From Polyangiales bacterium (lineage in GTDB: Bacteria; Myxococcota_A; Polyangia; Polyangiales; Houyiibacteriaceae), in assembly GCA_045106895.1 (NCBI GenBank), contig JBGCFM010000171.1:1-44943 (forward strand): a stretch of DNA of 44,943 nt, read 5' to 3'. Below the pieces are notes generated by a model. That model was not told where the DNA came from. It did no database searches and saw only the letters and a list, made by a program, of their open reading frames with translations. Both the position numbers and the translations under genes were made by a program. Below are positions 29,501 to 35,978 of this stretch, piece after piece; the stretch's first letter is position 1; each line of letters begins with the position of its first letter.

Positions 29501-29627
29501 GTGGTGCTCCGCCGTCGAACCCGGGCCCTCCGTCGAAGTCGGTCCCGACATCGAGGGCTTCAAACCCGAGCTGACCACATCCACCGAGGGTGATGAGCAG
29601 GAGCGCTGCCGATGAGCGAAGAGTCAC
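26523..29627 (-). CDS. Large surface lipoprotein with Ig-like domains and NHL/teneurin-like beta-propeller repeats
   Basis: Lipobox LGGC (CGQLGFE), DGG linker, DRAGNVS Ig-like motif, and repeats such as TGDGGGVTDA, FAGTG..GECPDG and LAGTG. Confidence 0.8.
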   Translation of the reverse strand: MTLRSSAALLLITLGGCGQLGFEALDVGTDFDGGPGFDGGAPQDGGPPVDAGPLSFDQLLLVTNTNEVTFEGSCTGSAPVELSGADEASVPCESGRFQLSVSRSTDGSSVVEATQSAVRASAEWLRDTVVPQVDSFRVPATSTTRIVPTEVDASDNDQVAAFCLDWRGVDPETTSSCFVPVETLDVAAASSLSLSPLPFPIGFVAGDYNLRVFVRDRAGNVSSPQRASVSYAPTPPPLVSRVVATAGPTHAEPPTLSEVQVSESAQVYVRWNVESDVELAATEIYTTVNERDMARATMDGDCPVTAERNACAIIRAPRADYFRVRVVARDVLEQVSSAMSPPLNVPFRFLGGATEASTGSGAVTANFQPFDPGTGSTTVGAGTMVVTDDGTLYFREASGDVISISPTTALVERVLRVTGTSTGDGGGVTDATATWVHRIDADGRGGLFVWDEDRVRRIDLTSDERRIETVLGGGALSEDGTPPLAFQIQPPDRAIAGRVAFSVSTNGDIFFTADGYETTSALHHYDRSAGSVRAIRIQGAWRDGLRYESCAQSSYMIEYDDDGEATEAVAVVRTQVDSTCEASDTSDGGWADFVRFDPRTGDALGVAPDNAVDSAYFGRTGAHPITGLDGTNLFISEGERLGRYDPTAQTVEAFAGTGRLGECPDGTEALSCAMRLFDATIARDGSVYVLDNGQIRTFDEDGRVVTLYGRTFGNISDRADALDHRFFDIEHLQRDGALTTLVDVGASYMLEFQDGQPVRRLAGTGISGEPDFSMDADAEPIWTVGSGQFWGTFHRIGNDVYSSTRYNVVRLEDNRWVNAVGGGSTPYYSLGAGVDGDDVLFPSSPSSYPQAVLADNGSALLISVYAYNSTAQRQEHARIIQYNTLTGLVTPLAGDSAVRNDFCADDTPISTCTVPNSGRLKSGSWSPSRNAWLLHARGSERVVIMDGVTPITTLGVFPEPVTAVAHDGFTDATLVACTEAGELLGMDQTSGAITPIDLRSPTIRCAGPVDINEGTLSFVFVQNGLQGIAEMPLP

Positions 29628-29654
29628 GCCCCCAGCCTAACATCGTATCAATCG

Positions 29655-30095
29655 CTATGCTTTGACGAGGGCGACGGCGTTCATGCAGTAACGAAGATGC
29701 GTCGGAGGAGGTCCATCTGGGAACGTATGTCCCAAATGTGCGTCACAAACGGCGCATGTGGCCTCGATACGTGTCATTCCGAGCTGGGAGTCATTAACGT
29801 AGGCTACGACACTCGCGTCGACCGGGGCGCCAAACGACGGCCAGCCCGTCCCGGAGTCAAACTTCGACTTCGAGTCGAAGAGCAGGGTGTTGCAGCACGC
29901 GCAGTGGTACTCGCCGGGTTCAAACACGCCGCACATCTGTGAGCTGAAAGGTCGCTCCGTCCCTGCTTGGCGAGTGACCCGAAAGACCTCCGAGGTGAGC
30001 AGCTTACGCCATTCGTCCTCCGACTTTTCAACGCGCCGTGGCGGCGTTGCGTTTCCTTCGTTCGAGCGACGTACGATTTCATCCCAGTTCAGCAT
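29655..30095 (-). CDS. msrB: Peptide-methionine (R)-S-oxide reductase
   Basis: GTERPF, KFDSGTGWPSF, HLGHTFPDGP, RYCMN; two CxxC Zn motifs. Confidence 0.96.
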   Translation of the reverse strand: MLNWDEIVRRSNEGNATPPRRVEKSEDEWRKLLTSEVFRVTRQAGTERPFSSQMCGVFEPGEYHCACCNTLLFDSKSKFDSGTGWPSFGAPVDASVVAYVNDSQLGMTRIEATCAVCDAHLGHTFPDGPPPTHLRYCMNAVALVKA

Positions 30096-30145
30096 GGCGT
30101 TCAGTTTGACCCAATCGGTGACCGGCAGCCACTGTGGCGATACCG

Positions 30146-30556
30146 ATGGAGCTTCTAGGCATCAACCACATCACATTCGCCGTCCGCTCGCTCGAGCCTT
30201 CGTTTCGTTTCTACGTGGACGTGCTCGGTGCAAAGCCTCGAGCCAGGTGGAAACGTGGTGCGTTTCTCACGCTCGGTGGCACTTGGCTGGCGCTCTTGGT
30301 CGGCGAGCCGGAAGTGGTCAACGAAGACAACTACTCCCACATCGCGTATTCCGTGGCGCCATCAGCTTTCGCGGCTCTTGATGCGAGAATCCGTGCCGCC
30401 GGCACCCACCTGTGGAGCGAGAACCAGACCGCAGGGGACTCACTCTACTTTTCAGACCCCGACGGGCACCGGCTCGAAATCCACGCGTCGGATCTTGAAG
30501 CGCGTCTCGACGCGATGGACCAAAAGCCCCCCGAGGGCTACCGGCGTCTCACGTGA
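30146..30556 (+). CDS. VOC-family metalloenzyme, fosfomycin thiol transferase (FosA/FosB)-like
   Basis: GINHITFAV, YSHIAY, SLYFSDPDGHRLEIH..DLEARL. Confidence 0.8.
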   Translation: MELLGINHITFAVRSLEPSFRFYVDVLGAKPRARWKRGAFLTLGGTWLALLVGEPEVVNEDNYSHIAYSVAPSAFAALDARIRAAGTHLWSENQTAGDSLYFSDPDGHRLEIHASDLEARLDAMDQKPPEGYRRLT

Positions 30557-32201
30557 CCTCGACGTAGCCTTTTCCAGTCTTCTGGCGAATCAGACGTGCG
30601 ACATCTTTCGCCGCGGCGGCTTCGTCCGCGAAAGGCTTCTCTTTTGTTGAGCCGTTGGCGCCGCATTTTCCGTAGCGCACCGTATGGGAACTGCCGCTCT
30701 GGGAGACTTCCCAGAACTTGCCGCTCTCTTCTGTACCGAAAACGAAGCGTCGAAGGCCTTCACGCGGTGCTGCGTCGCCCGCAGGTTTCGCAGCTGGCTT
30801 CTTCGCTTGGGCCGCCGGCGTCTTCGCCGCGGTCTTCTTCGCCGCGGGCTTCTTCGCCGCGGTCTTCTTCGCGACTTCCGGTCCGGTCCAGGTTCCGTCG
30901 ATGCGTTCGCCCACGTAGGTCGGGAAACGCGGTACCCCAGCGTCCGTCAGCTCCTGAAAGCGGTAGGTCACGAGCGTGCCGACGGCGGGCGGGTTCTCTC
31001 TCTCCGCATCCGAGAGCCCCGTTCCGGCGAAGAAGGTCACGCCCTCCGGTGTGATGAGCTCCAGTGCACCGACTCGGTTTCGGTGTCTTCCTTGGCCGCC
31101 CTTGTAGCCGATGACCTTGGCTTCGGCGTCGTAGAAGGTCTTCACTTTGAGGAGCGTCGTTGAACGGCTCCCGATGTACTCGGACTTTGCTTGACGAAGC
31201 ATCAGGCCCTCGCCGGAAAGACCCTCGACGCGCGCCAGCTCCTCCCGCAGGTGCTCGACTCCTTTGCAGACTTCGTGCGTGAGCACTTCGGCGTACTCAA
31301 GCTGCTCGGCGCCGAAGTTCTCGTGCATGTACTCCATGCGCGCTTCGAACTCTCCTCCATGGTCGGGCGCGTCGAACATCACAAAGCGCACCTTCTTCCA
31401 GTGCTCGCTCTTGTCTTGCCGTCGAACGACGCTGACGGTTTTCTGAAAGAGTCCGCGCCCAATCCAGAGCTCGCCGTCGAGGGCCGTCTTTGGGAAGCCC
31501 GCGACGAACCAGTCCGGCGCATAGAAGAGGTTGCCTTGGCGCGACTTGAAGGTCTCCCCATCCCAGATGGCACGAACGCCGTCGAGCTTCTCGCTCATCC
31601 AGTAGCCCGTCGGGTCGATATGGGCTTCCCAGCTCTGGGCGAGGAGCACCTTCGGCGCGCTCGTCTTCGGCGCGCTCGTCTTCGTCGCGCTCACGCTGTT
31701 GATTTTGCGCCCAACGCGCGCCGTCTCCGCCGCCGCGCCGCGCACTTTTGCGAGGTGCTTGCAGGAGCGCAGGTCGATGGGGACGCTCTGGTTCCGCCAC
31801 GCAGGGCAGGTGCACGAGTACACGCCGCCGGTGTTGGTCAGCACATAGGGTTTCGCCGCGGAGCCTTGGACTTCGACCTTTTCGCCGTCGGCGATTTCCT
31901 GCAGGACCGCCGCCTCGCTCTTCGGCGCTTCCGCCATGCGCGCCGCCGCGCGGGCCACCGCCGCGTCGTCGCCGACGAGCTTGGCAAAGTCTGCCTCGTG
32001 ATAGATCGGAATCCCTAGTGACTCTGCTTTCTCGAGCTTCATGCCGGCGCGCTCACCGCAGAAAAGAATGTCCGTCTTCTTGGTGACCGACTTGCTGATG
32101 ATGGCGCCGAGCGCCTCAAGCTGTTCGTGGGCCTGGGCCCGCGTCATCGTCGAAAGTGCACCGGTGATGCACACGTTCTTGCCCGTGAGATCTACGCCCA
32201 T
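30549..32201 (-). CDS. ATP-dependent DNA ligase with N-terminal BRCT and SWIM zinc finger and C-terminal WGR domain
   Basis: BRCT (CITGAL...SVTKKTD...KLEKAESLGI); SWIM (YSCTCPAW...CKH); ligase motifs SEKLDGVR, DGELW, MFD, EGLMLR, LLKVK, PRFP; WGR-like KFWEV...YGKCG...KGY. GGAGG before ATG 32201. Confidence 0.92.
   Translation of the reverse strand: MGVDLTGKNVCITGALSTMTRAQAHEQLEALGAIISKSVTKKTDILFCGERAGMKLEKAESLGIPIYHEADFAKLVGDDAAVARAAARMAEAPKSEAAVLQEIADGEKVEVQGSAAKPYVLTNTGGVYSCTCPAWRNQSVPIDLRSCKHLAKVRGAAAETARVGRKINSVSATKTSAPKTSAPKVLLAQSWEAHIDPTGYWMSEKLDGVRAIWDGETFKSRQGNLFYAPDWFVAGFPKTALDGELWIGRGLFQKTVSVVRRQDKSEHWKKVRFVMFDAPDHGGEFEARMEYMHENFGAEQLEYAEVLTHEVCKGVEHLREELARVEGLSGEGLMLRQAKSEYIGSRSTTLLKVKTFYDAEAKVIGYKGGQGRHRNRVGALELITPEGVTFFAGTGLSDAERENPPAVGTLVTYRFQELTDAGVPRFPTYVGERIDGTWTGPEVAKKTAAKKPAAKKTAAKTPAAQAKKPAAKPAGDAAPREGLRRFVFGTEESGKFWEVSQSGSSHTVRYGKCGANGSTKEKPFADEAAAAKDVARLIRQKTGKGYVEVT
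30796..30872 (-). repeat. 15-nt coding repeat (KKTAA/KKPAA basic linker)
   Basis: Three copies of GCCGCGG(T/G)CTTCTTC plus degenerate copies, between the ligase and WGR domains. Confidence 0.75.
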
Positions 32202-32278
32202 CTTCAATCCTCCGCGCAGAGGCTACCACTTGAGCAATCTCCTCGACGTGATCCACCCCAAATGGTAACGCGCCCCGC

Positions 32279-32671
32279 ATGGAACACGCACCTTCACCCG
32301 ACATCATCAAAGCGCTCTCCCTCCTCGGCGCCGAGATTCGCTCCTCGGCCCTCGAACTAGAGGGTGTCGCGGAGAAGGACTACTCCAACGCTTCTGCCTG
32401 GTTGTACCGCTTCGTGGAGTGGCCGGACGGCGAATTCGCCAGTAAAAAGACGGGAACACTAGGCTTTTTGGGGAGCGAAGTCGTCGAGGCCGGCGGCAAA
32501 ACGTACGTGACCTTCGCCTACTCGGAGGAGCGTTCCCTCTCCTACGCGCTCTTGCCTGGCTCGTCAGACGCCGACCCGATGGTGTTCAAGATTGAAGACA
32601 GCGGCAAAGCCAAAGGCCGCGCCGAGCGCGTGGTGGGCTTCATCAACAAGCTCAAGAAGATCGACGACTAG
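32279..32671 (+). CDS. Hypothetical protein, possible SUKH/SMI1-KNR4-like fold
   Basis: 130 aa; the C-terminal YAL...DPMVFKI...FINKL pattern resembles SUKH domains (weak). Confidence 0.6.
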   Translation: MEHAPSPDIIKALSLLGAEIRSSALELEGVAEKDYSNASAWLYRFVEWPDGEFASKKTGTLGFLGSEVVEAGGKTYVTFAYSEERSLSYALLPGSSDADPMVFKIEDSGKAKGRAERVVGFINKLKKIDD

Positions 32672-32829
32672 TCGGAGCAGAGACGGCGCCCGCATCGGCC
32701 GACTGCATGAGTAGTGGGGCGCTGAGCTACGCGCCGCAGCCGGAGTTTACGGCTGCGGGCAGAGCACGTTCCTTCCATCACCCACACAACGTGCGCACGC
32801 TGGTTGGACGGCGCAGAGGTTAGGGGCGG

Positions 32830-33381
32830 CTAGTTCTTGGCGCGCTTTTCATACGCTCTCAAGAGCGTCGCGATGGAGCTGTTGCAGAAGAACTCAAACT
32901 CTTCGGGTGAGAGTTCCAGGAGCAATGGCACGACGAGGTTCTCTTCCAGTTCGAGGTGCTCGCGGAGAACTCGATCGTGCGCCTCAAGGGCCTGAATCAC
33001 CATCGCCCTCTCGCCCTTCTTCGCGGCGTCGCCTGCTGCTCGCACCCGAGCAAAAGCTTCGATGACGGCGTCGTAGCACTTGTGCAATTCGACGTGACCA
33101 GCCTCAGCGCCCTTGAAAGAGACGTCCCAGCGTCGCTCCAGAAAAGGGTAGAGCTTATGCTCTTCGTACGCTTCATGTCCGCGCATCGCGGAAATCCAGC
33201 GCCGAAAGAGTGACTCAAGCGGGGCCTGTGGCCGGCCTGCTTGAGCTTCCTGCAGAAGGTACGCGCTCACGCGGCGAAAGTTCTCGTGGGAGCCGAGGAG
33301 CAGGACCTGCGCCGGAAAGCGAGGGTGCAAACGCCATTCGTCGCGTGTCATCGGAGGGGGGGCGTGTGTTGTGCTAAACAT
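32830..33381 (-). CDS. Hemerythrin/HHE domain protein
   Basis: HENFR, HEAYEE..LYP, HVELH, HLELEE..VVP. Confidence 0.85.
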   Translation of the reverse strand: MFSTTHAPPPMTRDEWRLHPRFPAQVLLLGSHENFRRVSAYLLQEAQAGRPQAPLESLFRRWISAMRGHEAYEEHKLYPFLERRWDVSFKGAEAGHVELHKCYDAVIEAFARVRAAGDAAKKGERAMVIQALEAHDRVLREHLELEENLVVPLLLELSPEEFEFFCNSSIATLLRAYEKRAKN

Positions 33382-33387
33382 GAAAAT

Positions 33388-33410
33388 AACTTGAGTCCCT
33401 CAACCAAGTT
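33388..33410. promoter_or_regulatory. Operator-like inverted repeat AACTTG-N11-CAAGTT
   Basis: Perfect 6-bp arms immediately upstream of the hemerythrin start, in an AT-rich patch. Confidence 0.55.
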
Positions 33411-33462
33411 GACAAGAGAGCGCCCGCGGAACGCTCTGTCTTCATGTTGCAATAGTGGGCAC

Positions 33463-33492
33463 AATTAGAAACGGGGTCCGCGTGGGACCCCG
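33463..33492 (-). terminator. Intrinsic terminator of the peroxiredoxin gene
   Basis: 8-bp stem CGGGGTCC/GGACCCCG with a 5-nt loop, followed by TTTCTAATT on the minus strand. Confidence 0.7.
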
Positions 33493-33516
33493 ACTCTGAG
33501 TTCGCTCGGCGGCGCG

Positions 33517-34155
33517 CTACTTGTTGGGTTGTGGCGTGATGCGCAGGTAGGGCTTCACGACGGTGTAGCCCTTGGGGAACTTCTCTTTGAGCTCCGCTTC
33601 GTCCTTGATGGAAGGGACGATGACCACGTCGTCGCCGTCGTTCCAGTTTGCCGGAGTTGCCACCTGGTGGCTGTCGGTGAGCTGAAGGCCATCGAGAACA
33701 CGAAGGATCTCCGCAAAGTTGCGGCCCGTGGCGGGAGGGTAGGTAAGCGTTGCGCGCACCTTGTTGTTCGCGTCGATGAAGAAGACGCTGCGTACCGTGA
33801 GCTTGTCGTTGGCGTCGGGGTGGATCATTCCGTAGGCCTTCGCCACGGAAGAGTCCTCATCGGCGATGATGGGGTAGTTCATCGTGACGCTCTGGGTCTC
33901 ATCGATGTCTTTGACCCAACCGTTGTGGCTCTCGACGCCGTCGACGGAGAGCGCGAGGACGAGGCAGCCACGCTTCTCGAACTCAGGCTTGAGCCGGGCG
34001 ACGGTGCCGAGTTCCGTCGTACAAACGGGCGTGTAGTCCGCGGGATGGCTGAAGAAGACGGTCCACTTGTCTTTCTTCCACTCATGGAACGAGATTTCGC
34101 CCTGGGTGCTTTGCTGCTTGAAGTCTGGTGCGACGGTGCCGAGTTTGAGGCTCAT
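33517..34155 (-). CDS. 1-Cys peroxiredoxin (Prx6 subfamily)
   Basis: FSHPADYTPVCTTE, TVRSVF, YP..TGRNF, VATPANW. AGGAGA RBS before ATG 34155. Confidence 0.95.
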   Translation of the reverse strand: MSLKLGTVAPDFKQQSTQGEISFHEWKKDKWTVFFSHPADYTPVCTTELGTVARLKPEFEKRGCLVLALSVDGVESHNGWVKDIDETQSVTMNYPIIADEDSSVAKAYGMIHPDANDKLTVRSVFFIDANNKVRATLTYPPATGRNFAEILRVLDGLQLTDSHQVATPANWNDGDDVVIVPSIKDEAELKEKFPKGYTVVKPYLRITPQPNK

Positions 34156-34260
34156 TCGAATACTCTCCTGAAATGTAGACCGTTGCTTCGTAGGCACGGC
34201 GATGGCGACGTCAAGAGGTGGGCGTTGGCGACTCCCTAGAACGTGTTCTCTCTGGGAGGA

Positions 34261-34276
34261 CGGCACGGGTATTGCT
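34261..34276 (+). promoter_or_regulatory. sigma54 (-24/-12) promoter for aqpZ
   Basis: CGGCACGggtaTTGCT, with exact GG-N10-GC spacing and near-consensus sequence. Confidence 0.65.
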
Positions 34277-34299
34277 GTACCCTCGCGGAAGGAGAACCA

Positions 34300-35028
34300 A
34301 TGGATATTAAGAAGAAACTCGGAGCCGAAGTCCTCGGTACATTTTGGCTCGTTTTTGGCGGCTGTGGCAGCGCGGTGCTCGCAGCAGGCTTCCCGGACGT
34401 AGGCATCGGCCTCGTCGGCGTATCGTTGGCATTCGGCCTCACTGTGTTGACTATGGCCTACGCAATTGGCCACATCTCTGGCTGTCACCTTAACCCTGCG
34501 GTGACTTTGGGCCTCGTCGCTGGTGGCCGACACCCCGCGAAAGAAGCCTTTCCGTACATCGTCGCACAGGTCATCGGCGGCGTCGCTGGTGCGGGCGTCC
34601 TCTACGTCATCGCCAGCGGCAGTGATGGCACAGGAGTCTCAGCCAGCTTCGACCTCGCAGGCGGCTTCGCATCGAATGGCTACGGTGAGCATTCGCCAGG
34701 TGGCTACGGCATGGTCGCCGCGCTCACAGCTGAAGTGGTCCTCACATTCATGTTCCTCATGATCATCATGGGTGCCACGGACAAGCGCGCTCCGGCTGGC
34801 TTTGCCCCCATCGCCATTGGCCTGGGTCTCACGCTGATTCACTTGATCGGAATCCCCGTCACGAACCTCAGCGTCAACCCCGCACGAAGCACCGGCCCCG
34901 CGATGTTCGTCCAGGGATGGGCCGTCGCGCAGCTCTGGCTCTTCTGGGTTGCACCCATCGTCGGCGCTGTGCTTGCGGGTCTTACCTACAAGGGCCTCTT
35001 CGAGGAACCCGCGAAGGGCGCCGCCTAA
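34300..35028 (+). CDS. aqpZ: Aquaporin Z
   Basis: [49 protein letters not shown]. Confidence 0.97.
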   Translation: MDIKKKLGAEVLGTFWLVFGGCGSAVLAAGFPDVGIGLVGVSLAFGLTVLTMAYAIGHISGCHLNPAVTLGLVAGGRHPAKEAFPYIVAQVIGGVAGAGVLYVIASGSDGTGVSASFDLAGGFASNGYGEHSPGGYGMVAALTAEVVLTFMFLMIIMGATDKRAPAGFAPIAIGLGLTLIHLIGIPVTNLSVNPARSTGPAMFVQGWAVAQLWLFWVAPIVGAVLAGLTYKGLFEEPAKGAA

Positions 35029-35031
35029 GCG

Positions 35032-35505
35032 TCAGGGCGCCGGTGGCAACATGACACCGGCGCGCGCTTCGGCGCATGCGTCCTGCTCGTCGCCCACGCG
35101 ACCTTCGAGCCACGCCAACACGCAGATGTACCCGGGGTCATTCACATCGGCCCAGACATCGCCGCCGACGTGGTCCAAACCCCCGGCGGAACCAGCGAGC
35201 GGTTTGAGAACGGCCAAGTTCTGAAGCGGAGGAGACTGGTCGAGGCCAGCGAAAGACAATACGTTTTCCTCCAACTCCGCCATGGACAGAGGGAGGTCGC
35301 GATCACGCGAATCACGAAGTCCTGTTTCGCTGTAGAGACGTAGAGGTCTCCCAGCGTCGCCGTGGCAGTCGAGGGTTGCACAACCAACGGCTACGTAGCC
35401 ATCCACCTCGGCGATGTAGCCAGCAGTATCGAGCTCCAGAATCGTTTGCTCGCCAGGGCCCCCCGTACATGCCGCAAGGAACACCAGTGCAGAGAGTGTC
35501 CTCAT
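35032..35505 (-). CDS. Lipoprotein with CX4CH motif (putative atypical c-type cytochrome)
   Basis: Lipobox LAAC, GCATLDCHG, distal HVGG, two further Cys. ATGA overlap with the upstream gene. Confidence 0.7.
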   Translation of the reverse strand: MRTLSALVFLAACTGGPGEQTILELDTAGYIAEVDGYVAVGCATLDCHGDAGRPLRLYSETGLRDSRDRDLPLSMAELEENVLSFAGLDQSPPLQNLAVLKPLAGSAGGLDHVGGDVWADVNDPGYICVLAWLEGRVGDEQDACAEARAGVMLPPAP

Positions 35506-35978
35506 GGGGTTTCTCGGAGGAAGACTCTACCCACGGAGGATTCATTTGGGCCCTCCTTCGTGTGGCAGTGAGCGCACGAGCCCTCTCGAACGATGGGTGA
35601 ACGCATTTCCACACGTTCGCCGTCGCGCTCGATGGCGACCTGTAGTGGATAACGAATCGGAGCATCCTCCTCGAGGTAAAAGTTCCCCACACGATTCGAG
35701 CGTAGACGAATCTCGCGGCCATCCGCATCTTCAATGATGACCTCGACGTCGGCGGTCCCCGTTTGTGCGTCGATCGTCTCATAGATGGTGCCAGCTACTT
35801 CGAAGACTTCGTGTCCGGGAGTGTATTCGGCGCCGTGGCAGACCAGGCATGGCTGACCTGGGCGATGCTCGTCACCCGTCGGCTCATGGTCAATGTCGCC
35901 AAGAGCGTCTTCGTCCGCTGAGCCTGGCTGTCCAATGCAACCAGCAAGGAAGCAGATGAGAAGGGAAGCGTTCTTCAT
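35502..35978 (-). CDS. Di-heme c-type cytochrome lipoprotein (putative)
   Basis: Lipobox LAGC; HRPGQPCLVCH and GSCAHCH flank a small beta-sandwich (AGTIY...GNFY). Confidence 0.8.
   Translation of the reverse strand: MKNASLLICFLAGCIGQPGSADEDALGDIDHEPTGDEHRPGQPCLVCHGAEYTPGHEVFEVAGTIYETIDAQTGTADVEVIIEDADGREIRLRSNRVGNFYLEEDAPIRYPLQVAIERDGERVEMRSPIVREGSCAHCHTKEGPNESSVGRVFLRETP

Noticed and set aside
22439..31690. Short tandem repeats (EPGVV, PT, KKTAA, KTSAP) as a possible CRISPR or mobile repeat
   Set aside because: All are in-frame low-complexity linkers with no spacers, and no cas or transposase genes are present.
32720..32736. Minus-strand CGGCGCGTAGCTCAGC resembling a tRNA 5' end
   Set aside because: No D-loop GG, T-loop TTCGA or acceptor-stem complement follows.
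34192..34207. Additional GG-N10-GC (AGGCACGgcgatGGC) upstream of aqpZ
   Set aside because: Lacks TTGC; the 34261 element fits much better.
34156..34533. N-terminal extension of the peroxiredoxin ORF
   Set aside because: Overlaps aqpZ; there is a good RBS at ATG 34155.
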